Below are positions 1 through 6,675 of a DNA stretch of 10,038 nt, piece by piece. Source of the DNA: Ignavibacteria bacterium (GTDB taxonomy: Bacteria; Elusimicrobiota; Endomicrobiia; PHAN01); assembly GCA_041694835.1 (NCBI GenBank), contig JBGFRZ010000079.1, positions 1 to 10,038 on the forward strand, read 5' to 3'. How positions within the stretch are numbered: the stretch's first letter is position 1; every line of letters begins with the position of its first letter. A program made the position numbers and the translations under genes. The notes beneath the pieces are model-generated. The model saw only the letters and a list, made by a program, of their open reading frames with translations. It had not been told where the DNA came from and made no database searches.

Positions 1-126
1 AAGTTGAAATCGTTTAGACCGCAATGTCCGACGAGCAAAGCGAGGAGTTTTGCGGTCTGATTGAAACTTTTAACCGTTAAGAAACTGCCCTTTAAGTGAA
101 AAAGATGGGTTTTTCAACAATCTCAT
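1..126. mobile_element. Probable partial MITE/REP-like element with internal hairpin and terminal-repeat-like end
   Basis: Stem AGACCGCAA (16-24) / TTGCGGTCT (50-58), extended by AATC/GATT and AAGTT/AACTT. Ends in GGGTTTTTCAACAATCTCAT (107-126), which recurs inverted at 9922-9941. No transposase is visible. Confidence 0.5.
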
Positions 127-189
127 CATACATCATAGCGGTATTGCAAAATCCTTACCCAATGTTACAACAACATTTGGAGAAGAGCC

Positions 190-1380
190 TTATTTATTGT
201 CTGCCGCCTTTTTTAAAGCAACGGTTTTTTCAATTGATAATTTTAATAGTTCGGCACCACTCATTATTTTTTTGCCATTATCGTAGACCGATACTCTTTC
301 CGTGCAGCAGTAACAAGGGTCAACGGCAGCAAGGCAGATTGCAGCATCCGAGACCGTCTGCTCGAGGGTGGATTTTTCATTCGTCGGCACATTCATATAA
401 CTTGGCGCCCTTATTTTATGTCTGACGGGTCTGTTGGTCCCGTCGGAACGCACATAGTGAAACACCTCGCCTCTGGGCGCTTCGTGGCGGCCTATTCCTT
501 CGCCAGGCGGTATTGTTTTTACGCATGCATCTATTTCACCACTGACGGTTTTTAGTTTTTCAAAACACTGCGTAAGAATTTTGATTGATTCATACATCTC
601 AAGCACTCTGACTATAAGTTTATCAAAAATATCGCCGTTTTCGCATACTATCACTTTCCAGTCGACAAGAGGATATGCTGCATAGGGTTCGTCTCTTCGC
701 ACATCTATATCTACTCCCGAAGCGCGGGCCGTCGGACCAAGGGCGCAGTAATTTAGTATGTCATCTTTTGTAAGCACTCCGACACCTTTTGTTCTTGAAT
801 GTATAGTTGGGTCATCCATTACCGCTCCTTTAAACATATCAAGAACGGGAATCAGTTTTTTGATTTCGGCTATATAATTTGTGAGACCGTTATCAGGGAT
901 ATCTCTTCTTACCCCTCCGATTTTAAACATTGCATAGTGTTGACGATTGCCCGAAATTTCTTCAAGAATGTCGAGGAGGGTCTCGCGATGTTTCCACGAC
1001 CACATCCAGACAGTGTTGTATCCGAGAAAGTGCCCCGCAAGACCCAGCCACAAGAGATGCGAGTGAACTCGTTCCAACTCGCCGATTATCGTCCTGATAT
1101 ATTTTGCTCTTGTCGGAATTTCAATTCCCGCCAAATCCTCAACGGCGTTTACATAAGCAAAAGGATGACTTGTAGAACAGATTCCGCAAATTCTTTCGAC
1201 TAAAAACGTCACCTGGTCAAAATGTTTTGACTCGGAGAGTTTTTCAATTCCTCTGTGATTGTAACCGATTTCAATATCAAGTTTTTTAACCACTTCCCCT
1301 TCAACATGGAGTTGGAAAAACTCCGGCTCTTCCTGCAAAGGATGATATGGCCCGATTGGGATAATTGTTCTATTTTCCAT
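190..1380 (-). CDS. Group 4 membrane-bound [NiFe]-hydrogenase large subunit (EchE/MbhL/HycE-like, NuoD fold)
   Basis: 396 aa. N-terminal GPYHP..EEP, GYNHRGIEK, L1 motif ERICGIC, ELERVHSHL, EAPRGE, and L2 motif DPCYCCTER. All four Ni-binding Cys are present. A 34-aa C-terminal tail follows the L2 Arg. Confidence 0.95.
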   Translation of the reverse strand: MENRTIIPIGPYHPLQEEPEFFQLHVEGEVVKKLDIEIGYNHRGIEKLSESKHFDQVTFLVERICGICSTSHPFAYVNAVEDLAGIEIPTRAKYIRTIIGELERVHSHLLWLGLAGHFLGYNTVWMWSWKHRETLLDILEEISGNRQHYAMFKIGGVRRDIPDNGLTNYIAEIKKLIPVLDMFKGAVMDDPTIHSRTKGVGVLTKDDILNYCALGPTARASGVDIDVRRDEPYAAYPLVDWKVIVCENGDIFDKLIVRVLEMYESIKILTQCFEKLKTVSGEIDACVKTIPPGEGIGRHEAPRGEVFHYVRSDGTNRPVRHKIRAPSYMNVPTNEKSTLEQTVSDAAICLAAVDPCYCCTERVSVYDNGKKIMSGAELLKLSIEKTVALKKAADNK

Positions 1381-1386
1381 AAAATC

Positions 1387-1496
1387 AGTATGTAGTATGT
1401 AGTAGGTAGTATGTAGGGAACGGATGTCAAAAAAAAGGGGAAGCAGTAAGGGGATGAGGTATTCCCAATACCCTGCCTACTACATACTACCTACTA
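1387..1496. repeat. Inverted array of 7-mer tandem repeats (AGTA[T/G]GT)
   Basis: Four units at 1387-1414 and three reverse-complement units at 1475-1495. 1400-1416 and 1480-1496 are a perfect 17-bp inverted repeat. Confidence 0.95.
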
Positions 1497-1924
1497 TCTC
1501 CTTGTCTCAAAGGATACTCGCCTTCCGGCCAGTCGTCCGGCAATAAAAGCCGTTTCAAGTTCGGGTGTCCAATGAAGTTTACGCCAAACATCTCGTGGAT
1601 TTCTCTCTCTATCCAGTCAAACGCCTTGCCGAGCGGAGTCAGCGACTGTATTTCAGGATTTTTTTTGTCTTTTAAAAAAACCTTGATGGTTATAAACGCG
1701 CCTGTTTTGTCGTCAGAAAAATGATAAAGTATTTCAAATGCTTCCCGGGTATCAACGCCCGTTGCGATTGAAAATCTTAAACCAAGTTGTCTGAAAAGAT
1801 ACTCTGCAATCTCATAGAGAACTTCTTTGTTTATTTCAACGTAATATCTTCGCTCGTTTTTTTTGAACGCTTTTATTATCCTGTCGGATTTTTCGGACAA
1901 TAATTTTTCTATTGCACTGTTCAT
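1487..1924 (-). CDS. NuoC-like (complex I 30 kDa) hydrogenase subunit (EchD/MbhK-like)
   Basis: 145 aa with ILYHF, WIEREIHEMFGVNFIGHP and RLLLPDDWPEGEYPLR, which are NuoC-family signatures. Directly upstream of the large subunit gene. Confidence 0.92.
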   Translation of the reverse strand: MNSAIEKLLSEKSDRIIKAFKKNERRYYVEINKEVLYEIAEYLFRQLGLRFSIATGVDTREAFEILYHFSDDKTGAFITIKVFLKDKKNPEIQSLTPLGKAFDWIEREIHEMFGVNFIGHPNLKRLLLPDDWPEGEYPLRQGDSR

Positions 1925-1931
1925 GAATTAT

Positions 1932-2366
1932 TCATTTATAAGTTTCCAAATAGAGCGAGATTTTTTCTATCCGTAAAAATATTTTTACACTTTTGTCTTT
2001 AATCTCTTCATAGAGGTCTTTGAGTTTTTCAGATGCGTATGTATGGACTATCTTGTTTTTCAGGATTCTTGCCTCCATCCAGAATTCTATCTCATCAATA
2101 AGATTTAATTTCTGTATCACCAGAAGTAGATTTCTTAATGTCTCGCTCGACTTAGAATAAAGAAATATCTCAAGTCCTTTGTAAAAGTTAAGAACAATTT
2201 CAACAACCTTCTCAAACCGAAACGAAAGAGAATCGTAGTACTCCATTTCTTCCGGCGTATACGAATGATTGGGATTATATGACTGAAATTTATCAATAGA
2301 TGCTTGAAGAAGTCGGGCTGCACCTTTTACATCTTCAAATTCCTTTAATATCAATTCTTTCTGCAT
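1932..2366 (-). CDS. HEPN-domain protein (HI0074-like nucleotidyltransferase partner, HepT-type toxin)
   Basis: 144 aa, helical character. DSLSFRFEK near the N-terminus and W..AR.LKNKIVHTY at the position of the RX4HXY motif (Arg replaced by Lys). Overlaps the upstream MNT gene by 32 nt. Confidence 0.8.
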   Translation of the reverse strand: MQKELILKEFEDVKGAARLLQASIDKFQSYNPNHSYTPEEMEYYDSLSFRFEKVVEIVLNFYKGLEIFLYSKSSETLRNLLLVIQKLNLIDEIEFWMEARILKNKIVHTYASEKLKDLYEEIKDKSVKIFLRIEKISLYLETYK

Positions 2367-2622
2367 TTCTTAAAACTTCCTTGGAAAACTCTCCCCCGTC
2401 ATAAACGACCACATCAATGTCTTCTTCTAATTGAGAAAAAAATTTTTTTTGCACTTCAAGGGATAATTTAACCGGATTGACCGCTTTTTCGGGGACTAAT
2501 AGAAGGTCAATATCTCCGCCATTTCTTTCTTTTTCGTTTCTTGAGCCAAAAATATACGCCTTGCCCTCAAATTTTTCCAGAGCAAACTTCAATGCTTTTT
2601 TCTCTTTTTCGTCAAGTCGCAT
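2335..2622 (-). CDS. Minimal nucleotidyltransferase (MNT, MntA-type antitoxin)
   Basis: 95 aa with YIFGSR...GGDIDLL (GS-x-DxD) and a third acidic residue in DIDVV. Paired with the downstream HEPN gene. Start overlaps the stop of the small-subunit gene by 11 nt. Confidence 0.88.
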   Translation of the reverse strand: MRLDEKEKKALKFALEKFEGKAYIFGSRNEKERNGGDIDLLLVPEKAVNPVKLSLEVQKKFFSQLEEDIDVVVYDGGEFSKEVLRNAERIDIKGI

Positions 2623-3031
2623 TGTTCAAAACCTTTATTAACTTTACAACTCCAGCAATCATCGCTTCTGGTTTCGGAGGACAGCCGGGGATATATGCAT
2701 GCACCGGAATTATTTTGTCAAGCGGCGAAACAACGTTGTAGGAGTCATGAAAAATTCCCAGTCCACACGAGCATGCTCCTATCGCTACTACAAAGCATGG
2801 TTTAGCCGATGCCTCATATAACTTTTTAATTTTTATTGCGGTTTTTTTATTTGGAACTCCTGTAACGAGCAATATGTCAGCATGGCGAGGACTTCCCACG
2901 AGTTGTATTCCAAATCTCTCTAAGTCGTATCTTGGCGTAAGGCAATCAAGAATTTCTATGTCACAATTATTGCAAGGACTTGTTGCCGCATGAAAGACGA
3001 ATAAAGATTTTGTAATATGTTTCGGATTCAT
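2612..3031 (-). CDS. Group 4 [NiFe]-hydrogenase small subunit (NuoB-like, EchC/MbhJ/HycG)
   Basis: 139 aa. CNNCDIE, SPRHADILLVTG, VAIGAC and IPGCPP supply four Cys for one [4Fe-4S] cluster. The CxxC spacing is hydrogenase-type rather than the CC of NuoB. Confidence 0.95.
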   Translation of the reverse strand: MNPKHITKSLFVFHAATSPCNNCDIEILDCLTPRYDLERFGIQLVGSPRHADILLVTGVPNKKTAIKIKKLYEASAKPCFVVAIGACSCGLGIFHDSYNVVSPLDKIIPVHAYIPGCPPKPEAMIAGVVKLIKVLNNAT

Positions 3032-3037
3032 AAACCC

Positions 3038-3238
3038 TTATATTTTTACATTTTTATAGACAAAGAATTTCTTTTTTGTATTTGTTCGACAAATCCCCCG
3101 CATTTCTTGAAGCCAATCAATGTATTCTTCAAAAGACATTTTTTTATGAGCGTGACGGCCTTTTCTGAAATGCAGCATCCGTTCTTTATTTCGGCCGTCT
3201 TCAAGCATCTCTTTTTTCTCAACTTCTGAAAGTATCAT
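3038..3238 (-). CDS. Small hypothetical protein, probable partner of the upstream nucleotidyltransferase
   Basis: 66 aa, charged, predicted helical (SFEEYIDWLQEM). ATGA start/stop overlap with the NTase gene. Fills the gap up to 6 nt before the small-subunit start. Confidence 0.7.
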   Translation of the reverse strand: MILSEVEKKEMLEDGRNKERMLHFRKGRHAHKKMSFEEYIDWLQEMRGICRTNTKKKFFVYKNVKI

Positions 3239-3768
3239 TTCGTTCTTGCCAAAATTTCGTCAAATTCTTTTTCTCTCTCGAATAATTTGAAATATTCTCT
3301 CACAAGTTCTAAATCCAGATTTTTGATATTCGCGACAATGTCTTCAATATCGGCCATATCTTTATGGTATCTCCGGGGGTCGTTGGAACTTGACTGAACT
3401 TTTAGCCCTATTAAATCTTCGGGTCTTGCGATTTTTATTTTGAATCCAAAAATCTTTTTCGTCTCCGCTCTTTTCAATATCTCCAAAGCATATTTTCTAT
3501 TGGCGAATAAAAAATCCACATCGCCAAAGTCGGCAAGTTGAGACGAATAATTTGCCGCATCCTGCGTTTTATGAAAGGCCCGATAGCCATATTTTTCCAT
3601 AATGTCGTCGACGGCGTTCGCTTGTTTCAACAATACAACAAAATCAATATCAACCGTCATGCGTTCTACTCCGGCAAAACTTAAAGCGTGTCCGCCAATC
3701 AAAGCAAAATCAATTCCGTTTTTCTGAAATTCGTTAATTAAAATTTCAAAGACCTTTTTGAAGTTCAT
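3235..3768 (-). CDS. Pol-beta superfamily nucleotidyltransferase (AbiEii/DUF1814/DUF6036-like)
   Basis: FALIGGHAL...RMTVDIDF, VDF, PEDLIGLK and KDMADI motifs. I prefer the ATG at 3768 (MNFKKVF, 177 aa) over the ORF-track start at 3786. Confidence 0.85.
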   Translation of the reverse strand: MNFKKVFEILINEFQKNGIDFALIGGHALSFAGVERMTVDIDFVVLLKQANAVDDIMEKYGYRAFHKTQDAANYSSQLADFGDVDFLFANRKYALEILKRAETKKIFGFKIKIARPEDLIGLKVQSSSNDPRRYHKDMADIEDIVANIKNLDLELVREYFKLFEREKEFDEILARTK

Positions 3769-3791
3769 AGAAACCCGAAAAATCAAAAACG

Positions 3792-4697
3792 TTACAAACC
3801 AAGCAACGCCAGAAACAATGCAACGAGTCCGAGCGGCACGCCATAACCCCAGAAAAATTTTAAAATACTATCAATTCTTAAACGAGGATTTGTATTTCTA
3901 ACCAAAGTAAAAATCACAACGATTATAAGATATTTTAAGAAAAAGAGCAAACTCTGTGACGGAAAAAACAAGATGATAGCGAGCATTGGAAGTGCTGCAA
4001 GTAGTATTGTTTTGGTAATTCTCCATAATGCAAGCAATGCCCCCGAATACTCCATATAGACGCCACCTGCAATTTCTGTTTCGGCTTCTGCTATATCAAA
4101 AGGCACCAACCCAAGTTTTGCTATAGAAACAGTCAGCATTATAACAAACGCTATAAATCCTGAAAGTGAAAACAGTAGTGAGCCGTGAATGTTTTGATAG
4201 TTTATAATATCACCAATGGATACAGAATTAGTTCTTAATATCACGGTAATTATACTCAATATGAAAACAAACTCATAGGACAGCAGAAGTTTGATTTCTC
4301 TTGAAGCACCAACGACCGACAGAGGATTACCCGAAGATAGAGCGCCCAGAATTAGCATAATTGGCGGAATCATAAGAAGATATATCAGAAGTATAATATC
4401 GCCATTGAAAGTCCTCATTCCCATTAGTGCCATTCCCAAAATCATTGCTACGATAGTGACTACCGACATAGATACTACCGGGCTTCCGACGAATATCCAG
4501 TACGATGCATTTTTAGGAACCGTTATTTCTTTGGCAAAAAGTTTTCTTATATCATAGTACGGTTGAAGGAATGGAGGGCCCACGCGGCATTGCACGAGTG
4601 CCGTCAGTTTCCTGTCAATCCATGAAGTTAATAATCCTAGTGTTAAGATGAAAACAAAACCAGGAAAGATAAATAAATTAAACAAAAAGTTCAACAT
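3792..4697 (-). CDS. NuoH-like membrane subunit (EchB/HycD/MbhM-like)
   Basis: 301 aa with many hydrophobic segments. DRKL.A.VQ.RVGPP, GASRE, SYE, PFDIAEAETEIAGG...EYSG and PRLRID are complex I subunit 1 signatures. Confidence 0.95.
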   Translation of the reverse strand: MLNFLFNLFIFPGFVFILTLGLLTSWIDRKLTALVQCRVGPPFLQPYYDIRKLFAKEITVPKNASYWIFVGSPVVSMSVVTIVAMILGMALMGMRTFNGDIILLIYLLMIPPIMLILGALSSGNPLSVVGASREIKLLLSYEFVFILSIITVILRTNSVSIGDIINYQNIHGSLLFSLSGFIAFVIMLTVSIAKLGLVPFDIAEAETEIAGGVYMEYSGALLALWRITKTILLAALPMLAIILFFPSQSLLFFLKYLIIVVIFTLVRNTNPRLRIDSILKFFWGYGVPLGLVALFLALLGL

Positions 4698-4700
4698 ATG

Positions 4701-5174
4701 TTACTTCTTCTCCCAAACTATTGTTTTTATCGCCAAGTGCTCATTTAGAACATATATATTGTTTGCAACATCTTCCGTAACTTCTGTGTATTTTAACGCT
4801 TTGTGGGGACAAGTATCAACACATTCTGGCGCAACTACATCTTTTCTGCCGACACACCAATCGCATCCCGAAGTTTTAAATGATAATATGTCTGAATAAA
4901 TGGTGCCAAAAGGACACGCCGCCATACAACTTTTGCAACTTGTGCAAAGCATTGAGTGTCTTTCAAGAATACCGTTTTTGTTTTTCTCCAACGCCTTATT
5001 CGGACATGAGTTTATACAAAAAGATTCTTCGCATCTTCGACATATCAGAAATTGGCAACCTTTTGCGAGCGCTTTTTCAATTCCGTTGTTTTGAATATGA
5101 TAGTAATAAGAACATCCCGCTTCGCATTTTTTACATTTATAGCAAATTTCCAAATCAACTAAAAGTTTTTTCAT
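4701..5174 (-). CDS. 4x[4Fe-4S] electron-transfer protein (HycB/CooF/HydN/DmsB-like)
   Basis: 157 aa with four Cys groups: CxxCxxCxxxC, CxxCxxxxCxxxCP, CxxCxxCxxxCP and CxxC...CxxxCP. Ends 3 nt before the NuoH-like start. Confidence 0.9.
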   Translation of the reverse strand: MKKLLVDLEICYKCKKCEAGCSYYYHIQNNGIEKALAKGCQFLICRRCEESFCINSCPNKALEKNKNGILERHSMLCTSCKSCMAACPFGTIYSDILSFKTSGCDWCVGRKDVVAPECVDTCPHKALKYTEVTEDVANNIYVLNEHLAIKTIVWEKK

Positions 5175-5191
5175 AACTTTCTTAAAAAACG

Positions 5192-5322
5192 AGCGAATAG
5201 TGAATAGAGATGAGAGGTCAGAGGTCAGAGGTGAGAGATGAGAGGTGAGAGATGAGTTTTTTCTCTGTCCCCCGTTCTCTGTTCTCTGTTCCCTGAACTC
5301 TGACCTCTGACCACTGTCCTCT
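5192..5322. repeat. Inverted array of 7-mer tandem repeats (AGAG[G/A]T[C/G])
   Basis: Seven units at 5206-5254, preceded by AGCGAAT AGTGAAT. Eight GACCTCT/GTTCTCT-like units at 5267-5322. 5216-5230 and 5298-5312 are a perfect 15-bp inverted repeat. Confidence 0.95.
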
Positions 5323-5324
5323 AA

Positions 5325-5705
5325 TTATGTATTATCCAGGATAATTCTTATTATGTCGTGCCGACTGACTACGCCCACTACTTTATTATATTCATCGACT
5401 ATAACTACCCGCCTGAATTTCTTTTCCGATATAACGAGTGATATTTTGTCGATATCGGAGTCGGGCAAAAAACTTACCACATTTTTTGTCATCACATCGG
5501 AAACTTTCGTCGTTCTTGAATTGCCGCTGAAAACAAGGTTCAAGACATCGTTTTCGGTTATTATTCCGACAAGTTTGTTTTCGCTGTCCACCACGGGCAG
5601 ACCGCTGACCCTTTTATTATAGAGAAGATTTACGGCATCGTAAATCGTTTCATCGGGTCCGATGGTTATGACGTCTTGAGTCATTATATCTTTTGCTCTC
5701 AGCAT
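5325..5705 (-). CDS. Stand-alone tandem CBS-domain protein
   Basis: 126 aa with two CBS repeats (DIMT...LPVVD...GIITEND and DVMT...VIVD...GVVSRHD). GGAGG RBS upstream. Confidence 0.93.
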   Translation of the reverse strand: MLRAKDIMTQDVITIGPDETIYDAVNLLYNKRVSGLPVVDSENKLVGIITENDVLNLVFSGNSRTTKVSDVMTKNVVSFLPDSDIDKISLVISEKKFRRVVIVDEYNKVVGVVSRHDIIRIILDNT

Positions 5706-5709
5706 AAAA

Positions 5710-5714
5710 CCTCC
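5710..5714 (-). promoter_or_regulatory. Shine-Dalgarno site of the CBS gene
   Basis: Minus strand reads GGAGG-TTTT-ATG. It is the clearest canonical SD in the cluster. Confidence 0.7.
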
Positions 5715-5717
5715 AGG

Positions 5718-5782
5718 GAAGGTTAAAGGTGCAAGGTATAAGGTTAAAATTCAAAACTCTTTAACCTTTAACCTTCAACCTC
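5718..5782. repeat. Inverted array of 7-mer tandem repeats (AAGGTTA)
   Basis: AAGGTTA AAGGTGC AAGGTAT AAGGTTA at 5719-5746 and TAACCTT TAACCTT CAACCTC at 5762-5782. 5718-5730 and 5764-5776 are a perfect 13-bp inverted repeat. Confidence 0.92.
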
Positions 5783-5784
5783 TC

Positions 5785-6612
5785 TCATACAAACGGGTCG
5801 CGTATATGTTTTATCTGCTCATAAGTGAAAACCGGACCATCTTTGCAGATAAAAAACTCTCCCAACTGACAGTGCCCGCATTTTCCCAAACCGCATGACA
5901 TATTCGCTTCCATTGAAAGATAGATATTGGCAGGTGCGAAACCCTTTTCAAGCAGTTTAAGAGTTGAAAATTTCATCATTACAGGCGGTCCGCAGACAAC
6001 TGCGATGCTGCTGTGAACTATATCCATTTTAAGATGGTCGAGCAAACAAGTAACAAGCCCCACTTGCCCGTCCCATTGAATATCTACGGGACAGATGTCG
6101 ACACTTTTAAGAACCTCCAGACGATTTTCTTTTTCCCACTCGGGAAACATATATTTATAGACGACATCATCGGGGGTTTTGGAGCCGTAAGCAAGAATAA
6201 TTTTTTTGAAATTTGTCAAATCGTGAAGAAGCGTAAGCAGAAAACTCCTCAAAGGAGCCATCCCCACGCCACCGCCAAGAATAAGTATTTCTTTGCCGAA
6301 AAATTTTTCTACGGGATAACTTGTCCCATAAGGTCCTCTAATTCCAAGTTTTTCTCCGCCTTTCATCTTATGTAAAACTCCAGTTACAAATCCTGCTTCC
6401 ATAATAGTTATTTCTATCAAGTCGGTCTTGTAAGGATTTGACGACGGCGTAAACGGCGCCTCGCCGATGCCCGGCACCGCGAGTTCAACGAACTGACCTG
6501 TTTTGAACTTAAAAGGTTCAAGTGGTCTGATGACAAAAGTTTTGATATTTTTTGTTTCATCAATAACTTTTTCAAGTATACATTCTATCGGTTGATAAAT
6601 ATGTTTTTTCAT
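5785..6612 (-). CDS. FAD/NAD(P)-binding [2Fe-2S] oxidoreductase (AsrB / sulfhydrogenase gamma HydG / FlxA-like)
   Basis: 275 aa FNR fold. GQF, GEAPFTPSS, RGPYG, GGGVGMAP, VCGPPVMM and C-terminal MSCGLGKCGHC...CKDGPVF. Confidence 0.92.
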   Translation of the reverse strand: MKKHIYQPIECILEKVIDETKNIKTFVIRPLEPFKFKTGQFVELAVPGIGEAPFTPSSNPYKTDLIEITIMEAGFVTGVLHKMKGGEKLGIRGPYGTSYPVEKFFGKEILILGGGVGMAPLRSFLLTLLHDLTNFKKIILAYGSKTPDDVVYKYMFPEWEKENRLEVLKSVDICPVDIQWDGQVGLVTCLLDHLKMDIVHSSIAVVCGPPVMMKFSTLKLLEKGFAPANIYLSMEANMSCGLGKCGHCQLGEFFICKDGPVFTYEQIKHIRDPFV

Positions 6613-6615
6613 ATA

Positions 6616-6675
6616 AATTACGAATGTTTAATGACGAATAACTCATAGCAAAATCCATCATTCGTCATTCGTTAT
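6616..6675. repeat. Degenerate inverted array of 7-mer repeats (AATGACG)
   Basis: AATTACG AATGTTT AATGACG AATAACT at 6616-6643, with inverted units at 6656-6675. 6630-6639 and 6660-6669 are a perfect 10-bp inverted repeat. Confidence 0.7.

Noticed and set aside
159-180. Weak hairpin CCAATGTT/AACATTTGG after the large-subunit stop
   Set aside because: It is AT-rich and bulged with no U-tract on the minus strand, so it cannot be called a terminator.
1209-1430. 73-aa minus-strand ORF starting within the repeat cassette
   Set aside because: It overlaps the large-subunit gene out of frame, and its N-terminus is just translated heptamer repeat.
2135-2323. 62-aa minus-strand ORF
   Set aside because: It is nested out of frame in the HEPN gene and has no motifs.
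3027-3776. GGGTTT(CT)ATGAA at the starts of both the NTase and small-subunit genes as a target-site duplication
   Set aside because: It is too short and gapped to separate from chance or shared translation-start context.
190-4697. Complex I (nuoBCDH) or Ni-less Ehr/Mbx complex
   Set aside because: The large subunit retains all four Ni-ligating Cys and the small subunit has CxxC.
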